Part shown: one piece after another, positions 27,801-36,043 of the stretch
Numbering within the stretch: the first letter of the stretch is position 1
Layout of the letters: each line of letters starts with the position of its first letter
Assembly: GCA_002501805.1 (NCBI GenBank)
Contig: DAOI01000008.1
Location: 31,420-95,419, forward strand
DNA: 64,000 nt
Direction: 5' to 3'
Source of the DNA: Euryarchaeota archaeon UBA463
GTDB taxonomy: Archaea; Thermoplasmatota; Poseidoniia; Poseidoniales; Thalassarchaeaceae
Made by a program: the position numbers and the translations under genes
The notes under the pieces: generated by a model
Told to the model about the DNA's origin: nothing
What the model saw: the letters and a program-made list of their open reading frames with translations, nothing else
The model's database searches: none

Positions 27801-28544
27801 GTAAGTGATGGCCCTCAGTATAAGGGCGACACCCAGAGAAGCGATCATCATGACCTGGGGGGTGGCCTTCGTTCTTCGAAATCCCCTGTAGACCAATCTG
27901 TCTATGATAACTCCAGCTAGGCCCGTAAGGACGAATGCAGCGATTAGTGTGAAGATTAGGACTGACCAAGTTAGAACACCGTCCTTAGTAGTGCTTAAGC
28001 TAGAAAGGGGGAAGAAGTAGTCACTCCAGATCATTATCATTGAGAGATACATTCCGATCATGAATAATTCAGATTGGGCGAAGTTACCATACCTCTGGAC
28101 CTTGTAAGTTAGAGTGAGTCCTATGGCAATTGCTAGATACGTTGAGGACCAAGTCAGAGTGCCTGTAGCTACTGAAACTATATCCAGAGTGAAGGATGCT
28201 CCCTCTCCAAGTCCGATGAGAAGAATATCGAGAGTTAAGAAAGTGACCAGGATCATGAATAGCGGGGAAGTGAGTAAGGCTATGGTTCTGAAATTACTTG
28301 GAGTTACATCATCAAAAAATACCTTGACAATGATGAATCCAGCTGTTAGAGACTCTACTACTTGGAAGAGCCATACCATATCATCAGGGATCCCCCCGCC
28401 AAGAATTGTGTCGACAATATTGAGTAAGCCTATCCCGTTTGAGGTTCCAAGCAAGTTGGCATCAACGAAAAGGATCGTTGCAATGAGTATCCTTCGTACT
28501 CCCCTAGGGAGATTCGAGTACTTGTGCCGAGCCTCATGCAGCAT
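24807..28544 (-). CDS. Fused LivH-LivM type ABC permease with extra N-terminal helices and a ~285 aa linker
   Basis: LivH-like half, aa ~125-500, with VADNPELAASSGINVERV. LivM-like half, aa ~790-1245, with IREDEEVAQHHGHDILTHK. The linker (nt ~26175-27032) holds a TM2-like helix pair (GIFGLHHWWRGRTHRM) and a charged soluble segment. Overlaps livG by 8 nt. Confidence 0.8.
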   Translation of the reverse strand: MLHEARHKYSNLPRGVRRILIATILFVDANLLGTSNGIGLLNIVDTILGGGIPDDMVWLFQVVESLTAGFIIVKVFFDDVTPSNFRTIALLTSPLFMILVTFLTLDILLIGLGEGASFTLDIVSVATGTLTWSSTYLAIAIGLTLTYKVQRYGNFAQSELFMIGMYLSMIMIWSDYFFPLSSLSTTKDGVLTWSVLIFTLIAAFVLTGLAGVIIDRLVYRGFRRTKATPQVMMIASLGVALILRAITYLRFGSGRNMFEPEGDWRMPNLRWEIPTTKLRLNLGDRSIDEGRTYTQWTCEQTGVDETTGEPILSRIVTEASKPAYELYDTTADCVTQATTNYAYYKGAVPFVIFSSVLLLMLLLNKTRLGRRMRAVADNPELAASSGINVERVHLSSAFLSAGISGMGGAIFAMTLRFSPETAFTLLLPSFAIIVLGTIGSIPGAIVGSIIVGFVRALSSPVLIGIGSPLGRSNYSALDGVMPYIFLVAILMIMPEGIGDAYEKWKIDRLRNKKEVNTETDAKIATGLALLPTGIFGLHHWWRGRTHRMQTFSVIALASYVFHRFSNFVERNSFADGSCAESCQENEFAETNLAILTGRNDGELILEDSPLTETHLLDQTSAPSGMTPFEAEQWIPGALADMQQSWLNQMRFEIDLVNFIVDAGDLIWPLALVLLWAFSAYEGIRIMNGKENEKISFPLFSKWKSIFDSTPSPISDIRQKLSELDRNHERMVKRQRERLSNYFKPGELKSHAIDLSLRFLEPVMKILKIPESRKTNLKMYGRQSPLGSWISFYILITILVMFLVWLPIAESDNYEFKKVLQVSNVLLTLSIFILMAFSLNLHTGYTGMVNFGIIFFVSIGAITVSILTAPERVFGYDWGIMEATIVAMLLSAAIGWLLAYPTARLRTDYFAIVTISLGEIVRVLLAGEPLLRAGPVASAIGISGYPLPLEDWWFCGSEKSGPDTQWASPDVCRDDILLDSTPAHYIGELLNLGEPAPYMMMLMLLSVASVIIVWTLLSRLLSSPWGRVLKAIREDEEVAQHHGHDILTHKAASLALGAAIAALAGALWAWKLTGFDASFMSPARSTFLVWAAFIIGGTSNNRGMVVGAFIIVLMEFVFNVLVAAQGSSDLPLHVTADRIDTLFEWIITNQWDVATIFAIAALVGYITRLESLFDIGFSGAAVFLFAALALGERSINESFFAGAVSADMVYIKLMLIGCLMLFSLKFNSKGLLPEVPIRPTRPDGGE

Positions 28545-28584
28545 CTACTACACGTACCTTCATCATTTGAATAAAATTGTTGGG

Positions 28585-28615
28585 GCAGTGCGGCGGGAAA
28601 ACCCCGCCGCACTGC
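28585..28615 (-). terminator. Perfect 13-bp GC-rich hairpin between the receptor gene and the permease gene
   Basis: gcagtgcggcggg-aaaac-cccgccgcactgc. On the transcribed (minus) strand it is followed by cccaacaattttatt. It lies in the 84-nt gap between the two genes. Confidence 0.6.
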
Positions 28616-28628
28616 TTTACGTTACCAA

Positions 28629-31600
28629 TCAAACGATTCCGTTGACTGGGTCCCAGTTCCTGGCACAGTCGTATGAGACTGTGTCTGCGGTTGCATCGTG
28701 AGAGAACTCTCCGATACAGAAACCAGCTGCTGGAACATCTCCGTTTGCCATGAAGGTGATTCCTCCACTGGCTCCTTCCAGACCGTTACCGGTCCCAGCG
28801 ATTGCCATGTCTGGCGTGATGCCAGGGGTGGCCAGGGCTGTGAAGGCGGCGAAAGCCACGATGTAGACAGCGTCGAACGCCTCTGCAGTGTAGATTCCTC
28901 CAGCACAGTCAGGGTTTGCCATGCACTGTGCTGCGAAGACCATGCCTACAGTGGTCATTCCACCTGCGGCTGCAGGCTTAGTGGCGATTACGCCATCGAC
29001 CAAGGACTTGTCAGCCATATCGGCTGCTAGCCCTACCTCGGCAATTCCATCAGCGCCATAGATGGCTCCAGTGAATCCCTGCAGGGACATCTCCTCGATT
29101 AGCATAGCTCCATCAGCGGCGTATGAGACCATCATTACTGAGGTACATCCGTCATTGACGACCGTGCTCACGATTGTGGAGAAGTCAGTAGCTGTCTCCT
29201 CGTATCCAATCTGTGTGCAAATGCTTGCCGAGTCCATGTTGGCGACAAAGGCGTCTGCCAGTCCTGATCCGTACGCATTGGTCATGTGAATAACTGCGAC
29301 GTTGTCCTGCGCATCAGCGGTCATGACTTCAGCAACTACCGATCCCTGGAACGCGTCGCTTGGTACGACACGGTAGAAGGATGGGTATGCAGTAGCGTCA
29401 GACAGAGCTGGGCTTGTGCTGGCATAGGACACCTGTGGGATTCCAGCTGCGGATAGCACCGCGTTGGCTCCCATGGATGCGCCGGAGCAGGCTGCTCCAA
29501 CGACTCCCCATACTCCAGCGTCTACGAGTGTCTGGGCGGCCGAGCCACCCATGGTGCTGTCGCAACCAGAGTCTGCATAGACTATCTCGAACTGGACACC
29601 GTTACTGTATCCGATCGTGTTGGCTAGACCTAGAGCGATCTGTGATGCCGCAACGAATCCGTTTGCATAAACGGCGATAGGTCCAGTGGCGTCGTTCAGG
29701 AACCCGATCTTGACTGTGGCGCCCATGAACGGTGCTGCAGTTACTCCGGCTCCTCCGGCTTCCCACATCCTGTCGCAGTTGAAGTACTCTCCAAAGGTTG
29801 GTACGTGAGCGAAGGTACAGACATCGTAGCCTGATCCTCCAACGTCTCCGTTGTCCAAGAAGGTGTGAGTGCCGCTGTCTCCAGCATATGCATCGCCTAC
29901 CATGGGCACGTGCATGCCCATATTCTCTCCGTCCTCCATCATTGCTGCGTGACCGATCATCATTACTGCATCGTACGCCTCAGATGTGAAGATTCCAGTG
30001 GAGCAGACAGAGTCGTCAGAACATGCGGCTGCGAAAACTCCAGCACCTGCTGCTGCGGCTCTAGGCCTTGTTACCTCGATTCCGTTTGCGGCTGCTGGGT
30101 TGGTGTAGTCTGCTAGAGCAGCCTCTCCGGCCATTCCGTCAGCGCTGAAAATCGGTATTGTTGCACCCATAACTGCCATGGTCTCGACGATCATAGCTCC
30201 GTCAGCGGAGTAGGATCCTAGGAAGACTGAGTCGCAGCCTGCGTCCATAACTGCCTGAACGGCGCTCTGGAAATCAGTTGCTGTCTCCTCGTAACCTGCC
30301 TGTAGACAGACGTTGTCCTCGCCCAGGTTGAGCGCTACTGCGTCTGCTAGACCTGCACCGTAGCTGTTGGTCATGTGCACGACAGCGGTGTTGGAAACTC
30401 CGCTTGCCATTATCATGTCAGCAGCAGCCTGACCCTGCAGAGCGTCGCTTGGGACGATTCTGTAGAAGTGAGGGTATGCGGTTGCGTCACTCAGAGCTGG
30501 GGATGTGCTAGCGTAGGATACCATAGGGATTCCAGCAGCCGCTAGGACTGCGTTAGCACCCATTGATGCTCCAGAGCAAGCGGCTCCAGCCACTGCGACA
30601 ACTCCGGCGTCCACGAGGGACTGAGCTGCTGTACCGGCCGTCTGACCGTCGCATCCGGAGTCTGCCTCGATTACCTCGAAGACATAGTCGTCTCCCATTG
30701 CGTTTAGGTCGTCCATGGCTGCTCCCCACGCGAAGGTGAATGGAGCTGCGAACTGAGCTATTGGCCCTGTTGCGTCATTCAAGAAACCTAGCTTGATTGT
30801 TACGGCTGGGTCTTCAACGACTGGTGCAACGAACATTGGGTTTGCTGCTCCCATGTAGTGAGCGGCTAGCTCGTCAGCGACAGCGTGAGCGATGTCAGCA
30901 TCGAATCCGACTACTGATCCATCGTCAGCATAGCTCTCGAATGGAGGGTAGAACGGATCTGTGCAAAGCCTTAGGCTCCCGGACTCCAGAACGGCTGTCA
31001 GATCGCTTCCCTCAGTAGGTACTGGGTAGGAAGTAGCTGTATCCATAGTGGTGTCATCGGCTAGGGTTACTGCACCATCGAAACTGGCGCCGTAGATCAG
31101 GTCGTACTCACCAGAGTCGACCATGGCTCCAATTGCCATGTTCAGTGCGCCAAGTAGCTCTCCAGAGGAATCCCCCTGCACAGCCATACCGAAGTTCTCA
31201 TCCGAGAAGGTGACCATCAAGTCACCCTCTAGGGACAGAACGGGGGCGTCACCCATTGCGTAGTGTACGTCGCCATTGTTCAGAGCGGCGATTACCGAAG
31301 GGAAGTCGTCGTAAGCGCTGATCGTAGCTGCACCCAGGTTATCCTGAGCATACAGGTCAGAGGTGGTCCCCGACTGTACGCCTATAGTGGTGCCTTCTGC
31401 GTTCAGGTCTGCGACGGCGCTGATAGAAGCGGCGCCAGATCCACCGATTACACCCTGGCTACTTGTGTAGTAGGCCCTGGTGAAGTCGACAGCTTGCTCT
31501 CGCTCGTCAGTCTTCGTCATCGCCGATATGATAGCGTCACACATATCGCCGGCATTCAGGTTGGGAATGATGGGGTCCCATGCGGACTCCACGAAGTCGG

Positions 31601-31733
31601 CACTAACGTCGCTGGCCATCGAAATGGACCAGTCGGGTGTGTCGTCTTCATCATCCCCACCAAGGCATCCGGCGAAAGCTGCCGCCAGCATGCTCATGGT
31701 AAGCATCATTGCAATCATCTTGTTGTTTTTCAT
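28629..31733 (-). CDS. Lipoprotein substrate receptor: type-II (polar amino acid) PBP-like module plus two tandem LivJ/ANF-receptor-like type-I PBP modules
   Basis: Likely start MKNNKM at 31733 (the track ORF begins at 31760). Lipobox AAFAGC. SBP_bac_3-like motifs WDPIIPNLNAGDMCDAIISAMTKTDEREQAVDFTRAYY and TIGVQSGTTS. Two copies of GFLNDATGPIA...GAACSGASMGANAVL.AAGIP.VSYASTSPALSDATAYP.FYR.VPSD..QG. Confidence 0.8.
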   Translation of the reverse strand: MKNNKMIAMMLTMSMLAAAFAGCLGGDDEDDTPDWSISMASDVSADFVESAWDPIIPNLNAGDMCDAIISAMTKTDEREQAVDFTRAYYTSSQGVIGGSGAASISAVADLNAEGTTIGVQSGTTSDLYAQDNLGAATISAYDDFPSVIAALNNGDVHYAMGDAPVLSLEGDLMVTFSDENFGMAVQGDSSGELLGALNMAIGAMVDSGEYDLIYGASFDGAVTLADDTTMDTATSYPVPTEGSDLTAVLESGSLRLCTDPFYPPFESYADDGSVVGFDADIAHAVADELAAHYMGAANPMFVAPVVEDPAVTIKLGFLNDATGPIAQFAAPFTFAWGAAMDDLNAMGDDYVFEVIEADSGCDGQTAGTAAQSLVDAGVVAVAGAACSGASMGANAVLAAAGIPMVSYASTSPALSDATAYPHFYRIVPSDALQGQAAADMIMASGVSNTAVVHMTNSYGAGLADAVALNLGEDNVCLQAGYEETATDFQSAVQAVMDAGCDSVFLGSYSADGAMIVETMAVMGATIPIFSADGMAGEAALADYTNPAAANGIEVTRPRAAAAGAGVFAAACSDDSVCSTGIFTSEAYDAVMMIGHAAMMEDGENMGMHVPMVGDAYAGDSGTHTFLDNGDVGGSGYDVCTFAHVPTFGEYFNCDRMWEAGGAGVTAAPFMGATVKIGFLNDATGPIAVYANGFVAASQIALGLANTIGYSNGVQFEIVYADSGCDSTMGGSAAQTLVDAGVWGVVGAACSGASMGANAVLSAAGIPQVSYASTSPALSDATAYPSFYRVVPSDAFQGSVVAEVMTADAQDNVAVIHMTNAYGSGLADAFVANMDSASICTQIGYEETATDFSTIVSTVVNDGCTSVMMVSYAADGAMLIEEMSLQGFTGAIYGADGIAEVGLAADMADKSLVDGVIATKPAAAGGMTTVGMVFAAQCMANPDCAGGIYTAEAFDAVYIVAFAAFTALATPGITPDMAIAGTGNGLEGASGGITFMANGDVPAAGFCIGEFSHDATADTVSYDCARNWDPVNGIV
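28632..30800 (-). repeat. Intragenic tandem duplication (~1080 nt period) of the type-I PBP module
   Basis: Module 1 is aa ~321-668 and module 2 aa ~682-1043 of the receptor. They share long identical peptide runs (e.g. ACSGASMGANAVL, VSYASTSPALSDATAYP, HMTN.YG.GLADA, GYEETATDF), while the DNA has clearly diverged. Confidence 0.75.
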
Positions 31734-31765
31734 TAGAAACTCACGTTCCAGTGCCCGCACGACGA

Positions 31766-31775
31766 CGTATATATG
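31766..31775. promoter_or_regulatory. TATA-like element in the divergent spacer between the receptor operon and purM
   Basis: gtatatatgt lies ~35-40 nt upstream of the proposed receptor start at 31733, in an AT-rich spacer. Confidence 0.3.
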
Positions 31776-31923
31776 TTATAGAGATTCTCAAAAAAAAGTC
31801 TAAAAAGGGCGTTTTTTTGAAAAACGGCTCTTAATCTTATTTTTTTATGACTAAATCTCTGAGTGTGGGAAGCGAGAGTATCATGAGCGGTAACACGTGC
31901 GAAGAGTCGTGAGTGGTGCGCCG

Positions 31924-33033
31924 ATGGACTATGCAAGTAGTGGGGTAGACATAGATTTAGAGGCCCAGGCAGTCTCAAGCCTAATTGGATCGCTTGCCAA
32001 TTCTGTGAGGAAGAAAGGGGAAATCGGAGCTCCAGTTCCTCTTCCCGGAGGGTTTGGAGGAATCATTGAGTTCGGAGAATCTAGGTTGGCCTTAGCTACC
32101 GACGGAGTCGGTTCAAAATTGCAAATTGCAAATCATTTGGGGAGGCTGGAGGGAGTCGGTATCGATTGTATAGCCATGAATGTGAATGATCTGATATGTG
32201 TAGGCGCTGAGCCAGTAGCCTTTGTTGACTATATCGCGACGCCGAAGACTGATCGCTCGGTTCATTCGATACTGGGAGAGTCTCTTTCAGAGGGTTGCTC
32301 CAGATCCAGAGTTACGCTGGCAGGAGGCGAGACGGCGACCCTTCCGGGAATAGTGAGAGAGCTGGACATGTCAGGTACTGCTTTGGGGTGGTTTCCCAAG
32401 GGGGAGGCAATTACTGGAGAGCGTCTAGAGTGTGGAGACCTTCTAATCGGTTTGCCCAGTAGTGGTATTCATTCAAACGGTTATACCCTAGTCAGAGCGA
32501 TTGTCGAGAGAAGTGGCCATTCTCTTATTGAGGAGGCCCCTTTTGATACGTCTCACCCTGGCAGAGTCATAGAGCGCTTTCCGGATTCGGAAGGAGAGAT
32601 TAGTCTGGGGGAGGTCTTGCTGAATCCAACTAGAATCTATGTTGATCCTGTGGTTGATTTAATTCTGGAGTGCAGGGGAGGGAGTGGTCCTTGCGATTTG
32701 TCTGATATCAAGGCAATAGCACATATTACTGGTGGTGGCCTTTCAAATCTTCTTCGGCTTCATGATAGCTTGGGTTGGCATATTGAAACCCCACTCCCCC
32801 CTCATCCAGAGTTCGAATGGCTTGCCAAGAGTGGGTCTGTCGATTCCAAGGAGATGCACAGAACTTTCAACATGGGCATGGGAATGGTTATTGCATTGTC
32901 CAAAGGATGTTCTGGTTCCGTATTGGAGTGGATTTCAGAGAGACTGCCTGGAGCCAGTATAGTAGGTTCAGTTACTGACAATGGGCGAATCGTCACCCAT
33001 AGTGATCCTGCTGTCAGGTTCGATAGTTATTGA
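31924..33033 (+). CDS. purM: Phosphoribosylformylglycinamidine cyclo-ligase (AIR synthetase)
   Basis: MDYASSGVDIDLEAQ, DGVGSKLQIA, GIDCIAMNVNDLICVGAEPVAFVDYIA, SGIHSNGYTL. I prefer the ATG at 31924 over the track start at 31897. Confidence 0.9.
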   Translation: MDYASSGVDIDLEAQAVSSLIGSLANSVRKKGEIGAPVPLPGGFGGIIEFGESRLALATDGVGSKLQIANHLGRLEGVGIDCIAMNVNDLICVGAEPVAFVDYIATPKTDRSVHSILGESLSEGCSRSRVTLAGGETATLPGIVRELDMSGTALGWFPKGEAITGERLECGDLLIGLPSSGIHSNGYTLVRAIVERSGHSLIEEAPFDTSHPGRVIERFPDSEGEISLGEVLLNPTRIYVDPVVDLILECRGGSGPCDLSDIKAIAHITGGGLSNLLRLHDSLGWHIETPLPPHPEFEWLAKSGSVDSKEMHRTFNMGMGMVIALSKGCSGSVLEWISERLPGASIVGSVTDNGRIVTHSDPAVRFDSY

Positions 33034-34412
33034 TTGGCTATCATAGTCAATACCTTGTGCCATGGGCTCTTCCGGTCACCATGGACTGGGAGGAACCGAA
33101 AGGGTGGCCCGGTGTAATTCACAGAGAAGGCCGTACATTAGTTAGGGTATCTGAGAGGCCCGATTCACAGAAGACCGGCCCTGTTTCCAGAAGGGGCGAT
33201 GGTGTATTCTTGAATCCAGCCATGTCTGGAAGTAGGACGAGGAGCGTTCTTCTGTTGGATCATGCGATAGAAAGCGGGATTCTGGGAGAAGGTCCGATAT
33301 ATGCCTTGGACGGACTGGCCGCTGGAGGAATACGAGCAAGAAGATGGCTGAATGAAATCTCTGAGGACAATGCCAAGAGGCTCGATGTCACTATCTCAGA
33401 TTTAGACAGGGGGGCTATTGACTGGGCTATGGGCAACCATCGAGATTTTCCTCCTCTACACGGAAAGGGACAGCTCTCAAGCGCTGTTGGTGACCTTCGT
33501 AAGCTGGTTCTTTCTCATGGAAGACATTGGGTCGATATAGACCCCTTTGGATCTCCCTTGCCCTTCCTTGACACTGCAGTTCAGTCTCTGGCCAGGAGTG
33601 GGGTGATAGAAGTCAGCGCAACCGACACCGCTGCTCTGACTGGCTCATCCCGTGGAGCGATGCTGAGGAGATATGGTGCTAGAGTGAGGACAGATGGTCT
33701 CGCTCATGACTCTGCGCTTAGGGTGATGCTGGCTAACCTTGCAAGTACTGCTGCTAAACATGATCGCTGTATGGAGCCATTACTATCCATATGGGACTCG
33801 CACCACCTAAGAGTCTCAGCAAGAGTTCGAAAGAGCAGGAGTAGAGCCAATATTTTCGAGGATGACATCGGGTGGAGAGTTCACTCGCCTACTCATGAAG
33901 AGGTTTTGGCTTCCGTAGAGGCAGGATTGCACCCGAGCTGTTCTTTGGATAGCCTGCCAATGACTTGTCTTCTCCCCGTTTCCCATCCTGTGGAAAGAAA
34001 GGACCCCCGAATATCCGGGCCACTCTGGATTGGAAGTATTGGCGACCAAAGCGCTATGTGTTCAATGACGGAAGAGAAGGCTACGAGGCTGTGTGCCCCG
34101 GAGTTTGCAGATGAGGACTTGGCTGGGTGGTCCGAGAAGGACTTCGAGATGGAGAGGAGGAGGGTTGTCAGGTCGGTCAGAAATATAGAGCATGAGGGAG
34201 CTGTGATTGGCTCGGCGCACCATATTCTCGTTGATGACCTATCTAGCTGGCTGGGTATTGGCTCTCCACCAAGTCCCACTCTGATGGTAAACAAACTAAA
34301 CGAGATGGGTTGCAATGCCTCGTTGACTCATTATGGAAAGCCATCTTTCAGGACGGGGGCGAGTTGGGATGATATCGTCGAAGTGGCCTTGAGTCTTCAG
34401 CCACCGATGTAG
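33030..34412 (+). CDS. trm1: tRNA (guanine26-N2)-dimethyltransferase Trm1
   Basis: FLNPAMSGSRTRSVLL and WVDIDPFGSPLPFLDTAVQSL are Trm1 signatures. The start is ambiguous: TTG at 33030 overlapping the purM stop, or ATG at 33081. Confidence 0.8.
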   Translation: MIGYHSQYLVPWALPVTMDWEEPKGWPGVIHREGRTLVRVSERPDSQKTGPVSRRGDGVFLNPAMSGSRTRSVLLLDHAIESGILGEGPIYALDGLAAGGIRARRWLNEISEDNAKRLDVTISDLDRGAIDWAMGNHRDFPPLHGKGQLSSAVGDLRKLVLSHGRHWVDIDPFGSPLPFLDTAVQSLARSGVIEVSATDTAALTGSSRGAMLRRYGARVRTDGLAHDSALRVMLANLASTAAKHDRCMEPLLSIWDSHHLRVSARVRKSRSRANIFEDDIGWRVHSPTHEEVLASVEAGLHPSCSLDSLPMTCLLPVSHPVERKDPRISGPLWIGSIGDQSAMCSMTEEKATRLCAPEFADEDLAGWSEKDFEMERRRVVRSVRNIEHEGAVIGSAHHILVDDLSSWLGIGSPPSPTLMVNKLNEMGCNASLTHYGKPSFRTGASWDDIVEVALSLQPPM

Positions 34413-35440
34413 GACATTTCCACTCTTTCGGATGTCTTGGAGCTGTTCAGTGAGCGTTCCTCTGAGTATCTGTCTTTCCTCTTACTCCAATGCTCACGAA
34501 TCAGGTCCGCGATATAGGAGTCGGTATGTCCAGCTCTAATTGGTGAGAGGAGATCAAGCCCGCTGTTCGAGAAAAGACATGTGAAGAGTCTCCCATCGGA
34601 AGAAATCCTAGCCCTGGTACAATCACTACAGAACGGTTCAGTGACACTGGAGATGATTCCTACTTCACCACCGTTGGGTAGCTTGTATCTCTTAGCTACA
34701 TCGCTCTTGTTTTCGGGTACGATTCTCTCGATGTCTCCAATCATATCCCGTATCTCAGAGGCGCTGACAACGTCATCCAGACTCCATCCGTTGGTCGTAC
34801 CTACATCCATGTACTCGATGAACCGGACAGCAATATCCCTACTAGAAAATCTCTCAACAATGTCTAGGATTTCATTCTCGTTCGAATTTCTCTTGACAAC
34901 TGTATTGATTTTTACAGGGCCTAGACCCACTGATTCTGCTGCCTCGACACCGGCGATCACTGCTGCAACCGTGTGTCCTGAATCTGTAATCGCTGCGAAG
35001 GTGGCCTCATCAATGGCGTCCAGGCTCACGGTAACCCTATCGAGGCCTGCCGCTGAGAGAGCTGGTGCGTATCTGGGAAGTAGGACCCCGTTGGTTGTCA
35101 TTGCTATCTCTGCATCCCTCATGGAAAGCATAGATACCAATTCGTGGAGATTCCTTCGCAACAGTGGCTCTCCTCCTGTGAGTCTGATCTTATTTACTCC
35201 TAGGGAAATGAAAATCCCTGCAATTCTATCTATCTCCTCGAATGTCATTATGCTGTCCTTGGGCATGAATGGGAAGCCCTTTCCAAATATCTCCTTGGGC
35301 ATACAATATGTGCATCTGAAGTTACACCTGTCGGTCACTGAAATCCTGAGATCTCGTATCGGCCTCCCCAAAGTATCGAAGATTCCGGGGTCGCTCACAG
35401 TCCATGCAGAGGTGCCTTGGTGATAGTGGTACCTGAGCAA
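34397..35440 (-). CDS. moaA: GTP 3',8-cyclase MoaA (radical SAM)
   Basis: LRISVTDRCNFRCTYCMP (CxxxCxxC), GGEPLLR, and a C-terminal CSDCTRARISSDGRLFTCLF second cluster. Confidence 0.9.
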   Translation of the reverse strand: MLRYHYHQGTSAWTVSDPGIFDTLGRPIRDLRISVTDRCNFRCTYCMPKEIFGKGFPFMPKDSIMTFEEIDRIAGIFISLGVNKIRLTGGEPLLRRNLHELVSMLSMRDAEIAMTTNGVLLPRYAPALSAAGLDRVTVSLDAIDEATFAAITDSGHTVAAVIAGVEAAESVGLGPVKINTVVKRNSNENEILDIVERFSSRDIAVRFIEYMDVGTTNGWSLDDVVSASEIRDMIGDIERIVPENKSDVAKRYKLPNGGEVGIISSVTEPFCSDCTRARISSDGRLFTCLFSNSGLDLLSPIRAGHTDSYIADLIREHWSKRKDRYSEERSLNSSKTSERVEMSYIGG

Positions 35441-35479
35441 GCCTTGAAGAATGACCTAATGCTACGACACATGAGAATC

Positions 35480-36043
35480 ATGCTGAGTTTCAGTTCCAAA
35501 GCCAAGGAAATGCTAGACCAGTTTGCTGAAGCAGCTGAAGAGATTGATGAGGTCTGCCTGAGGGTTGAGATCACAGGAAGGGGGAGAAACGGCTTCGAGT
35601 ATGACTTACAGTTCATCGAGAGAAAGGACTCCAGGGATGGAGATATTGAGACAGATGTAGATGGAATGTGTGTTTTCATAGACCCAAAGAGTGCGAAGTA
35701 CATCGATGGGACTACTCTTGACTACCAAGAGACACTGATGGGAGGCGGATTCAGCTTTGAGAATCCTAATCCCCTATGGATGGATGATATCTCAAAAGCT
35801 GTAGCTGAAATTATCGAGAGCGAAGTGAATCCCGCGGTGGCATCCCATGGTGGGCATGTTGAGTTGATGGGAGTAGAAGATGGAAAGGCTGTGATAGTAT
35901 TCGGAGGAGGTTGCCAAGGATGTGGAATGGCGGATGTGACGCTAAAACAGGGAGTGGAGACCATGATCAAAGATAACGTTCCTTCGATAACAGAAGTTAT
36001 TGATGCTACAGATCACGCAGCAGGGGAGAATCCATTCTACTGA
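35480..36043 (+). CDS. NfuA-like Fe-S cluster carrier (degenerate A-type N-domain plus Nfu C-domain)
   Basis: C-terminal NPAVASHGGHVELMGVEDGKAVIVFGGGCQGCGMADVTLKQGVE carries the CxxC Nfu motif. The track ORF starts at 35417, but that would overlap the moaA start. Met at 35459, 35471 or 35480 are more plausible. Confidence 0.75.
   Translation: MLSFSSKAKEMLDQFAEAAEEIDEVCLRVEITGRGRNGFEYDLQFIERKDSRDGDIETDVDGMCVFIDPKSAKYIDGTTLDYQETLMGGGFSFENPNPLWMDDISKAVAEIIESEVNPAVASHGGHVELMGVEDGKAVIVFGGGCQGCGMADVTLKQGVETMIKDNVPSITEVIDATDHAAGENPFY

Noticed and set aside
28114-31803. Multiple 60-195 aa ORFs on the plus strand inside the permease and receptor genes (e.g. 28114..28701, 29414..29680, 31263..31736).
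   Set aside because: These are antisense to long, motif-rich genes in a GC-rich stretch where stop codons are rare. Their translations are R/S/C/H-rich and low in complexity.
31801-31830. A weak A/T hairpin (cgttttt-ttg-aaaaacg) in the purM upstream spacer.
   Set aside because: The stem is 7 bp and almost entirely A/T, so its predicted stability is negligible. It is probably just promoter-region AT richness.
34581-35423. A 280-aa ORF antisense to moaA.
   Set aside because: It lies entirely within the strongly supported radical-SAM moaA gene. Its translation is S/L/T/P-rich with no motifs, which is typical of a shadow ORF.
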